In this document: one piece after another, positions 37,318-48,354 of the stretch
Numbering within the stretch: position 1 is the first letter of the stretch
Layout: each line of letters starts with the position of its first letter
Assembly: GCA_004022145.1 (NCBI GenBank)
Contig: RCNU01000004.1
Origin: Paecilomyces variotii
Lineage: Eukaryota
Reading direction: 5' to 3' (one strand)
Length of the DNA: 64,000 nucleotides
Notes under the pieces: model-generated
What the model was told of the DNA's origin: nothing
The model's database searches: none
What the model saw: only the letters and a program-made list of their open reading frames with translations
Position numbers and translations under genes: made by a program

Positions 37318-40066
37318 ACTAGTGGATAGCAATGGGAGATGATACCAGAGGTGATGATGCTTTTTCCTTTCCCTTATCGAGGCGCAAAACTGTTAACAGG
37401 AGGAATGTTTCTGATGCTGGTCCAGATGTGTTAAGATGGCAGTGATGCCAATACTGGTATCTGTTCTGAGCAGCAAAGCGGCCAGAAACCAGTGGAAGAC
37501 CTGGAATTATAAGAAAACTTCCCCAGGGCGTTGAACCACGCGGGATGCTTGACGTTGGAGGGGCAATGGATGAGGGGATTCAGCTGTCATAGGCTTCTAC
37601 GGGGAATCGCGCGTTTGCCAATCAATGACTGGGACTCTCGACGTGTCGTGTCTGCTGTTTGACAGCGCAGAGACAAGGAGATAGTTAGCAGGATAGTGTA
37701 GCGACGTCTAGTCTACTACTGACTGACTGACTGACTATCCTGACGCTGGTGAAGCGCAACGGTCCGTCTGCCGCGTGACGCAAATGGTGGAGATTCGATG
37801 CTTCTTCCACTCCAGATGGCCCGCCACTCCGGAAGAAAAGACACAATCAACAATCACAATCCAATCTTCTTGATGGGATTCGAAATCACAATGACATCCG
37901 ATCTGAGGTCGATCGGGATTGTCGTCCACGATGCGCAAACGGGTAGGACAGGGCGATGGACTAATACCTCTCTTGCGGAGAAAAGGGTCTTCTGGTCTGT
38001 CAGCCTCGGAGGCTCAGCCCTGTTGCACACTTCGGATGGCCCCGATGATCGTTGATCTCTGTCGACGGCGTGGCTTCCGGCCCTTCTCGAGGCTGTCCGG
38101 GGCGTGCCTTGCAGCCCCGCGAGAGAGAGAGAACGCTTACCGACTCTTGATCGCCTTCCAGAGGGATCTCCTCTCCCAGATTGCCGGTGCTGGACCGGTG
38201 TGCAGTTCAGCTACAACCCCCTCTGTCCGCTCCTCGGGCGTTGTCGACCGACTCTCAGTCGCTATTCCGCCCTCCGGGGCTCTGCCTCGTCGTTGCTGAA
38301 CCTTCTCCACTCAGTGTCAAGTACTCTAGGCTGGGGATCGATGACTTGGGGAGCCGCCGCTGGCCGAAAAGTGGTTCCGAAAGACGTTCGTGGCCTCCAC
38401 TAGCTAACGGGATAAACCTGTGTTCCTTCTAGTATCGGTGGTTCGAAAGGATGGGAGCGTCCTGGAACTGGTGAGGGGAATCGACAGATTTCTGCAGACG
38501 GTCTTTCAAAGCGATTTCTTGAGCTCCCTCCTTAGGGCCTATCTTTCCGCTTAATATACCCCCCAAATAACGTGAACTGGGGTTCCCCCAAGGACCAATG
38601 GCAGTCATACTGTCGTTTGGGCCCCTACACGCTTGTCGTGGGTTTCGGGTTCCCAGAGACCGTTCATGGTCCCAGCCTTGCGGACGTAGTCTCACTGGTG
38701 TCCAGTCGTGAGGAGGAACGTGGAGTAATCGCGTCGAGCCAACGTGGTTGGGCACACACTCCAGGCGACGAGATAATCTTTCCTAGATTGCAATTCACAG
38801 GACTATTGGGTGTTGACTATGACCCTAACCTGGCTGGAGGGGTTCTTGTCTTTTTGACTATTTGGGTGGCTCATCGTCTCATACCGCTGATGATTGGCTT
38901 CAAGGAACATCTGCTCAACGGTACAGATTTCCAGTCCGGGTCCTACTTGCATTAAACATGCAGATGCCGCGTCTACCAGAGAGCAAGACTCGTTACATCT
39001 ATTGTTTTACATATTATGAAGTGATTGATCTGCGTACTGAGCTCTACAGCTGATTTTTTGCTTTGCCCTTCTGCCGCTGTCCTTTTTCTGCCTCTGAAAT
39101 AAAAACGCACACAGCGGTCAAGGGAGAGAGAGGCCACCCAGATACTCACTCCTAGGGCAGAAGCTGCATCTAGTGCCATGCAAGAAATCCTCATGCAGCT
39201 ACATCTTAGCTAACCTGCCAAGGAATAAGCAAACCTGGCCTGCGCCCCGGCGGGCGTCGGGTTAGAATGATGCTATGGATTCTCTGTGACTTGTGCTCTT
39301 AAGACAGTATACACGAAAAGGACAATTAAGAATGGTTCCGCGCCCCATGCTAGCTGTTCGGAGCTTCAGTCCGGCTTTAGACGGGGCGTCGTTGGATAGT
39401 ACATACATCTGTTTTGTTACCTCCGAAAACGGCCAAAGGAACACAAATGACCCATGGACCATGAGGGAGCTGACCCAGGGTTCTATCCCCTCGCACTACT
39501 CTATGTTAAAGTTCAGTAACCTTATTCTCTAACACTCTATAACAGGGGTCGATAATGTTACACCCGCTGCTCTGCTAGATCGTACATCAAGGTGCTTACT
39601 GACGGCAGGAAGCAAGCCTGCTTCAGCCTCGGCCTTGGTCTAATTTACTCGCCACATCGGACAATGAATGCGATTCAAGAATTGCTTGTATGTGTATCCC
39701 CATCTATGTATGTACACCGTGACCGGTCCATCCGCCAATGCTATCTAAAACCCTATAAACAACCCTGACCCGAATCCCAGCCTGGATATAAACTAAACTA
39801 AACTATCTAACCCACTAAGCTACCCATGACCCATGACCCATGAAAACAGAAACGCTCAATGCAATGACAATTGAAGTGAATCAAAGAAGAAAAGAAAAGA
39901 AAGGCAAAGAACAAGGAAATAGTACCCAGAAAGTTGTGACCGCAATGCAATGTATATATGACCAACCCATTGGTGACTGAACGCCAGTTATGCGAATTCT
40001 ATAGCGAGCTTGGAAAGATGATTATGAAAGGAAGTGTCCGTCGGCACATATCATGTGCTGTGTGAT

Positions 40067-41801
40067 CTAATCAGATCCACTGGGACTAGAAATTTCGGAT
40101 GGTTGCGAACGACTAGAAGATGCCTGTGACTCTCTGCCATGATGGCCATGGAGGCTATGATGATGAGCGCGGTAGGCTTGCGGCGGCAAGGCCGGACCGA
40201 TCCCGTCACTCGACTGATCTTCAGACGGGACTGAACGAGAAGGGCGATCAGCTCTTTTGTTCTTGTATCGTTCTGGCGCTGGCGTACTGCGCCCGTTAAC
40301 GGCAGCGCCGTTAGGTTGCTCGGGGGGTTCGAGACCGGCTTCTCTTTTCAATTTCTGGATCGCAGGACCGAGGGCAAATGCACTCTCTAGACTGCTGTGA
40401 TCGGCACACGGACTTTGCTTGAGTGGTAGCAGCCAGTCAGCCACTGTATAGCCCATGACTTGCTGAAGGTTCTTCATATAGCTCCCGAGATCCCAAGGAT
40501 TCTCCCCTGGTTGGGTACGGAGAATAGCAAAAACGCGGCGGTCTTCAGATTTCGAGTCCTGCCCTCGCAGGAGTGGGGAGCTTCGCGGTGCCGGATATGT
40601 AACGGTCGGGAATGTAGCGGCCCATTGTGTTTCAGGATCAATTCCAATATCGTGTGGCCGGGGAATATGTACGGCCAGAGTCCAGACCTTCGTCTTGTGG
40701 CCTATGTTCTCGATTGTCGTCAAGTTATTCATGGCAAGTTGAAGCGAACTCAGGGTCATCCCGGATGCGAACAGGCCAAAGAAGCAGGATCTATATTAAA
40801 GGTCAGAAAGAATAGCAAGGAGAAGAGATTACATTTAGTACTCACACGCCCAGGACGACAAGCCAGTGAGCGTTAACACGTCCAGCCTATAAAGCATGCT
40901 ACGTTAATACTGGTCTAACAAGCATCGATGGGCGACCGGCAGGGTAGCACTCACATTTTGTCGTAATTCTGCCGTAAAGACAGCGGTGATAATTATGTTG
41001 AAGATGCAGAATAGGGAGGTATAGAAGACGAATTGGATGAAAAACTTATACGACGTTTCGGAAACGACGCCCCCAACCCTATCTCAAGTCAGCTTTCAGT
41101 TACTTATCGGATATTCACCAGGATGGTATTACCAAGGACAGAAATGATCCATTTTCCGTACGCATCGATCGACTTCGCGGCAATGGTGTGCTCTATCCGT
41201 CTTGAATTGACAGCATTTTGAGCAGTAGCGAGGTCTGCCGTCCTCCTGGCATACAAAGACATCTTTCGTGTAGAAACTTTCCAGACCATATGCATCAAAA
41301 GGATATGCTTTTCCAGCGGCTTTGTAATCTAAGCCGCTTTCGAGATCAGGCTCGGCTTGACCAACTTTCTCCGGTGGAGGGTTTGGCTGCTGTCCGTTGC
41401 TTCGATGCTTCTGATGATCTCGCTGGCCAGCAGCGGTATTCTCCGCTTGTTTTTGCTGGAGATTGCATGCTGCACCTCGTGGAAGAAAGCCTGTGTTCCA
41501 TATGATGGTAGATAAAACCCGTATGTAGGTGGTGAGGACTGCAATCAGGAGGATGTAGAATATGACAATGATGACGACGCCAGCACCGAGGCGGGGAGAA
41601 TGGTGGTAATGTGGGGAAGGATGAATTAAGTAGTTAACTATAACATTGTTAACAGATAAGCTTCAGAGATCGTAACATGGAGAACTCACTGCACAGCTGC
41701 TTTGTCACCGCATAACACACGTAGACAAAGAGACCGATGATCAGCGCAGGTATGATTCTGGCAATAGCGAGACTCGCACGTGTATCCGTGCTGCTGGCCA
41801 T
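40067..41801 (-). CDS. PFA5: Palmitoyltransferase Pfa5 (DHHC family, DHFC variant; 5 exons)
   Basis: Manual splicing gives [44 protein letters not shown] and NPWDLG, with four TM segments. Exons 41801-41690, 41637-41133, 41078-40955, 40886-40846 and 40790-40067. Confidence 0.92.
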
Positions 41802-43720
41802 CTTTGAGATGGTTGCGGAAACCACGACCCTTTTCCGTTCATCAGAAGTCGATAAGCAGCAGAGACGGCAGCAACGTCGACAATGATGGAGGAAGATCAG
41901 ATCGATAAATCGAAAGGCGCAGTGTCGATCCCGAAAGGATGACGGAGGAGAGAGAGCAAACCAGGCAAACAGATAACGGACCACGTGACTGATAGATGCC
42001 TGTTCCTTATCCTTCCTGAACTTTAATTTATCTAAGGCCGTCAGGCATCAACACGACTTCCTCCTCGTTTCTGTTCACAACACGAAGTCCCCCTCCTTAA
42101 GTCCTCAGTTGGCTGGAGACAGCATATTCTACCAGAATGATTTGATGTTATTATGATGCCGAATACCATTCTACTATCGACTTCATAGACAAAGTTACCC
42201 CGAGTCTCTTAGTCCATTCATACGCTTCACTTTCCATCTCATACTTGCTGGTTGTTTGACCATCTCAACCGTCAACCACACTTATTGCCAAGCATATCTA
42301 ATTAACCGAGACTCTCTTTATCTTTGGAGGTCGAGCCAGGAGCAGGACTGGGGTCTCCTCGCGATTTTGTTCATCGCGGCTCAAGGCTGGTTACACATGT
42401 CAGCCTCCAGCTGAACCTCACACCAGGAGACCATGCGACTACATTCGTGCTCATTTGCTATCCTGTGGAAGATATTGCGGCTCTTCTCTCCTAGTGCGTT
42501 ATCAATATGATGTGTGATTATGAAACTGCTTATGCGGCTCTGTGACTGAAACAAGGCTGACGAATAACATCATCGCATACGATTGCTGAGGTTGCAACGG
42601 ATAACGTTCGATCAGAGGCTCTTATGGAATTCAAAATATTTAAATTGAAGCAGATTTCTTCTTTGTGTCACTTTATTCTTTTGCATTCTTCTTTTCAGCG
42701 CTTTATACTGTCTGTTTATGCCGGAGTACTCGATGAATTCTATGTTACAATGAGGTGCCGGTTGAGACATTATTTGGGTATGCCTCGGCAGTTCCTAACA
42801 AAACTAGATCCACCATCGAGATAACACACTACTTGGAGTTCTCGCTGCCATGATATATGACTGGTTCATAACTGAGAGACAAAAACGTTTCCAAGCGCGA
42901 TGCTTCGCATGGGAATCTTCCTCCAGAGCCAGCTCACCCCTCAATTCATGGTCTATGCGATGGCTCCGCCACCTAGCACCATCCGCTACCAGGGTGCCGA
43001 TATGCCTGAGGGGTGTCTTCTCAAGACCTTCCTATGTGTGGCTCCATTCATATGCATCGATATCGAACCAATTCACCCAGTCACCGTGGCTATGGACTAT
43101 CATGGAAGCCTTTCTTGCAATCTGCAGCTTTGCCTGGTGGCTGCAGGTAAAAAGGCCTCGGGCGCATCACCAAACACCCCATTGACCTGCATGTTCGGCC
43201 TTCCCAAATTTCAATCGGACGATACCCGCGCACCCTTTTCGGGCATGTTGCCCTGAAATGGCCCTTGGCTGGGAAAAAGACATGAGATGCCTTTTACCTC
43301 CGTGGCTGTGATTGCGGTACTTCTTGTCTGGTCTCTATCGTGCCCTTGACATCTGACGCTCGTCATAACTGGAGCTCTGTGATATTCCCTAGCATTTTGG
43401 GTGCTGGTGCGGGTTCTAAGCTGGTCTGCTAATGTGAGATAAATTCGTCCGGAGAGGCGTTCGACATGCATCCTCCAGCAGCCCAAGAATAACTTCAGAA
43501 AGAATACGGAAACTGATCAACCTGCCTCACATCTCATCTACATTCCTCAAGCTACCATCCGGTCGTTTCTTTTATCCTGACTGAAGAGTTTGGACCTTGG
43601 AAATGTCGAATCAGGTGAATCTCGCCGTCTAATGTATTTTGCTATATCTGACAGGATCAGGGTTACTATAGTAAACGGTACCAAAAATCGGACCCAAAAG
43701 GGCAGCTGCTTCTAAGCGGA

Positions 43721-44137
43721 ATGACAAGGCATAGCTCTCCACCCTTCCTGCTGTGCGAATCACCTACTTCGCAAGCAGATGCAGAAGAATCTCTTCGACG
43801 GCATGAGACGAATTCTAGTTCTGCGCAAGAAAAGAAACTCGAAGATCCGCGTGGAACACGTGTTGAACCAACACCGACAAGTGATACACAGGCACACGGG
43901 GCTTATACTGGGTCTAGCCAACGATCAACCCAACAACACGGTATTCTCGAAATGAACCAAACCTCAGAACAGGATGGATTTGCTCATCCCACAAGACGAA
44001 GCACCGATATCTGGTATTGCTGTGCATGTGGCTCAAGCTCCGGGCCGCAATCATCTATCCATGCCAAATGTTCCGAATGCCAACACTCGACATGCGGCGA
44101 CTGTTTGGTAGAAAAAGCTTATTTCCCGGGAAAGTGA
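43721..44137 (+). CDS. Small protein with a C-terminal WxCCxC..GP..CxxCxHxxCxxC putative zinc-binding motif
   Basis: ORF ends WYCCACGSSSGPQSSIHAKCSECQHSTCGDC, the same motif as the neighbouring gene. A possible upstream exon (ATG 43603-43614) with a 40-nt intron 43615-43654 would extend it in frame. Confidence 0.65.
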   Translation: MTRHSSPPFLLCESPTSQADAEESLRRHETNSSSAQEKKLEDPRGTRVEPTPTSDTQAHGAYTGSSQRSTQQHGILEMNQTSEQDGFAHPTRRSTDIWYCCACGSSSGPQSSIHAKCSECQHSTCGDCLVEKAYFPGK

Positions 44138-45317
44138 CCATGGAGGTTAGAGTAGGTTCGAATTTCTACATCAATGGGTTTTTTCCCTTTCCGTATGTTC
44201 CTGTGTCCGATTCTTTGTCTTTCAATTATATATACCTTTTATTTCCCATGATTCGGGGAATGTGTCAGTCCGACTTGTCTTTAGTTCCGTAGTTGATGAT
44301 ATCTACATTGTCTTTTTATGTATCTGTGCACATAGTCATACCAAATATCTGTGATTTTGGAGCTGCCATACTCTCTATTGAGGCCTACCGCCCAATTATT
44401 CGCATGAGATTTCCTTATACCACTGCAATGATTCTATTGCAAACCCACAGCAATATTTTACCTTCTGAATACTTCTGTCTATAATCAGGCAGCAATTTCA
44501 CCCATATACCCTCCACCATTCCCTCTGCCTCCACCCCAGATCACTGATTCAGAAAACCGCGCAGCAAGCCGCCAGTCGCTGCCTGAAAACGGACCCTGCG
44601 CAGATCTGATTCGAACCTCGACCTTCAGCTTCACCCGGCTCTTCACCGTTCCTGAAAAGTCATCTGATGATAATACATCATATCGGTTCTCCGGGCAAAC
44701 AAGGACGCCCGGGTCCTCTATGCTCCGCCATGTCTTCGGGACCAATCTTATGCTTAAGTCAATGCTTACCCTTAAAAAAACCCTATTTAAATGTTCGAGA
44801 CATAGAGTAACTGTCCTCAGCGAGAGTATGACAGAACCCTTCAGGGCAAAAAGGCTTAGCTGACCCACTCCGGCACCCAGTGGGCTCCCTAGGCATTCTT
44901 CCACCGGCGCAGCGAATGTCTCCATTTTTTCCAGGCCGAAGCCTATCTTGGGTGCGGACTGCTGATGTAGATACATGAGTGTTCTTTTCTTCTGTTCTAG
45001 AGCGCCCTACAAGCTGCCTTCTATCGTCCTCTTAACGGAGGTCTCCGAAAGCTGTGATCAATAGGGCGTTAGCCTAGTTTCCTTGCTTCTAAGCCACCTG
45101 ATCTCAGTTAACGACGTATATGGTCTCTTTTTAGTTTTGACGATAGCTCTTCATATGGATCTTGAATATTATTTAAAGACGCTCTTTCTCTCTTCTGTGA
45201 CAGATCTCTTCATCAGTTCAAGCTTGTCACACTACTACTTATATACTACACGCTTTCTTTGTCTTCAACATCTCTGTATCAAACGGTATATACCTTCTGT
45301 TTGCAACACCTTTGATA

Positions 45318-45812
45318 ATGGCCACCTGGTACTGCTGCAAGTGTAGCTTTGGTCCTCACAACATGGCTCTCCACACAGCTTGCATTTCATGCGGACACCC
45401 GGCTTGCGAGCATTGCACATACGAAGACGCTGATGCGGATATCACTCTCAGAGGATCTGAGCCTATTTCTCCTTACCCTTGTGGTCCTATACCGTCTTCG
45501 CCAGAAATGCCACAGGACGGAGTCCATCTTTCCAACTCTGAGATGGCTCTTTCCATCCCATCTGCACCCATGCCGGTTCAATCATTATCTGCCGTGGGAC
45601 CCAACTTCTCTCGGATCCAACATGGCTCATTCACTCGAGAATTGTCCACGGCTCTCATTGGCAGCCCCGGTATGAGTCGCACCGACGCTCCAGTTGATGG
45701 CTATCTTTATATATGCTGCCAATGCGGAGACGGACCGAAGGTTTACGATGTCCAACCTCGGTGCGTCACTTGCAATCATTCCGCCTGCAGTCGCTGCACA
45801 CACGTCAGATGA
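45318..45812 (+). CDS. Small intronless protein with two terminal CCxC..GP..CxxCxHxxCxxC putative zinc-binding motifs
   Basis: ATG 45318. N-terminal WYCCKCSFGPHNMALHTACISCGHPACEHC, a P/S-rich linker, and C-terminal YICCQCGDGPKVYDVQPRCVTCNHSACSRC. Pyrimidine-rich leader. Confidence 0.82.
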   Translation: MATWYCCKCSFGPHNMALHTACISCGHPACEHCTYEDADADITLRGSEPISPYPCGPIPSSPEMPQDGVHLSNSEMALSIPSAPMPVQSLSAVGPNFSRIQHGSFTRELSTALIGSPGMSRTDAPVDGYLYICCQCGDGPKVYDVQPRCVTCNHSACSRCTHVR

Positions 45813-48354
45813 GCCTGGGCTCTTTCTTCGACCGATATATCTGCGATTATGAGTAAGTCAAGCCCCATTATAATCTTCCACTTCTTCTGGAATGAAGTCC
45901 TGATTCGGATTCCAGCCTATACGCATCGAAACATCGATCATGAACTACTGCATTCATCGTTAGCATTGGGGTATTGCACTGCATTCTGCATGATTATTTT
46001 TCCATCATCTTTGACACTCTGCATTTGGAACGGAACGGAAAGGAACCATGGTATTGGGATCCTTAGATTGACTTTGCATATGTCTCGCGACGACGTCATT
46101 CAGCATGGTTTAGCATGGGCATGGGATAGGTAGGAAGCATTCACGGGAGAATAGATCTGGTGTTTCTTTTCCTTTTTTTTTTTTTTTTTTTCTTTCTTGA
46201 CATTTGTCCCTTTATCGATCCCCTGTTTTAGCCTAGACAGTATTAGATGAATCATTCTCTTTCATCTTGTCTAGCTTGCTTTTTTTTTGTTAGTTAGAAA
46301 GTATGGATCCAACTTCATCCAAGAGAGATTCTGCCTTGAAGGATGCCTTGGGGGAAAGATCCACTTCACGGGAAGAACTCATCTCGCTCTTACTTAAACC
46401 ACTAAATAAACAAGAAAGTAGAAATGACTCAGTAAGAAACACAGTATAGGTTCCACTCTCGACTGTCGTTGACTCAGGCGAGATTATAACTATCAATAAT
46501 GTAAAATCGAAATAGGGGGCCTTGTTGCCTAATTTCCGCAACGGCTGCCTGGGTATTTAGTCTAGGCTGACTTGGGCCGCTTCACCGCAACAACTCGGAG
46601 TAAATTACATTGGGAGTCTGTGGTCCTGGGGCGTTAAATAGCGGAAGATGTCACCAGCGCGAACTCTGTGGAGGTTCGTAGTCTGGAACGGTTTACCCTG
46701 CGTGCGCTAACTAAAGCAGATCGGATCCGCGCTCTTGGGACGATGTGCATACATACGGAGGAATCCTTGAACGCTGAAGATTCTCCACTTGGCGTTTGGC
46801 GGAGAATGGGGACGAGCAACGTACTAAGTTACTACTGACTGGACTACTCTGATCCTATCGTCGCCTGTGAGAACTGGACAAGGGTCCAGAATTATTCTTT
46901 TTCGGCGAGACTACGAGAAAATCCAGGAGTCAAGGATAACAAACAGGCAAAAGAGTTTCCGCCCTGGCCACGAACCCGTGTCTGTCTTGGAGAAACGCCC
47001 TTACCCGTCTATTATTGTTCATAATGTCGCTTGATTTCCGGGCGTCATAGCTAATAATCAGCGGAATTGCTCCCGCGCATTCTTTAGGGTGAAGAAACCG
47101 CCCGCGCAGCTCTCAACCTCTGATCTCATGACGCGTGAATTGAGTGCATATCCACTCAGCGTCAACTTTTTGCAGCGCTGAGGGTTTAGGCGTGCAAGGC
47201 AACGGGGTATGGTCATATTGGTGCCATATAATTCGAAAACCACGGCGCGTCTGGATTCTTTTCAGAAAGGCCATGCTGATGGCGCAGCAGCTTCAGCCAT
47301 ATTGGATAATTTACAGCTGCAAAATGGCACGCATTGCGCAGTGGGATGGCTTCTAAAGGTTCAGTGCACTTGAGAAAAGGCTTCTAGGGTGATTTCTTCG
47401 TTAGATAGGATACCTATTATCGTGCGGTTGCCTATGTCATCTCATATTGGCAAGCGTTATTCCGAGAAGCATTGATAGATTTCGGTACTGGTATAGGTGA
47501 TTTGCTGTTTCCCATGTACCGCTGCTGACTCTAAAGGAGAATGGTGCCAGCTAGAGTTTGGATATGCGGTACCTTTTACAACTCTGGATTATTGCGGAAC
47601 GCCCAGTTTAGCGCAACTTCCAGTTCTAGATATTCCATAGACAGTTGCGCAGATCAATCTAAAAGTTTATTTAGAATGTGATTCAGAACACTTCTCTTAA
47701 TCATATGTATTCTAAAAGCCTGATCAATGTACACCGGAAGCGGGACGCTAAAAAGCAACTGTACCCAGCTGCAATGACCATTACAAGTCATCAGGCGAGG
47801 TTGGAAGATGAAGCTGAACTTGGAGGAAAGGGTATGTTAACCAGGTAGTCGCCGCCACCCTAGACGGACTCCTTTACTGATCCACTCCTCCCCAAGAGCT
47901 ATCTTCCGTAACCATAAAAGCCTGTGGCTTGTATGGTTTCTCTCCCCTACGCCATGTTCCATGACTCCAACCATTCCAACGCCTCATCTCCACCGTATGC
48001 CAAATAGCAGTAAATAGAGAAGATCAGGCGCTATAAGCGCAGACGAAAATCCCATGTATTGGCGGAAAGATCCCAACGCCTTCAATGCTATGCTCAAAAG
48101 CAGTTCGGTAGCTTCGCGTCAATATAGAAGAGAAAAGACGAATAACAAGGATAGGGTTTAAATAGAATGCGGCTACAGCACTGAGGTTGCAAATCAGCGC
48201 TGAGTCTAGAGGACCCATTCTTAGGTCACTCTAGTCGAGTATATTCCTTTCGTTTGACTTGCCTTTGCTGTACGGGAACAGCGATCAAAGGTCCATCTTC
48301 AGAGCCATGATCGGCGACCACAAGGCGAAGGATAGGGTTGATACCTTCCTTATA

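Noticed and set aside
43289-43297. GCCTTTTAC, identical to the invariant U5 snRNA loop 1
   Set aside because: It lacks the flanking ~8-bp stem and a correctly spaced Sm site.
44152-44170. GGTTCGAAT B-box/T-loop-like motif
   Set aside because: No cloverleaf, acceptor stem or A-box; not a tRNA.
44485-44976. 163-aa minus-strand ORF between the two Cys-motif genes
   Set aside because: No motif or compositional support; probably the promoter region of the 45318 gene.
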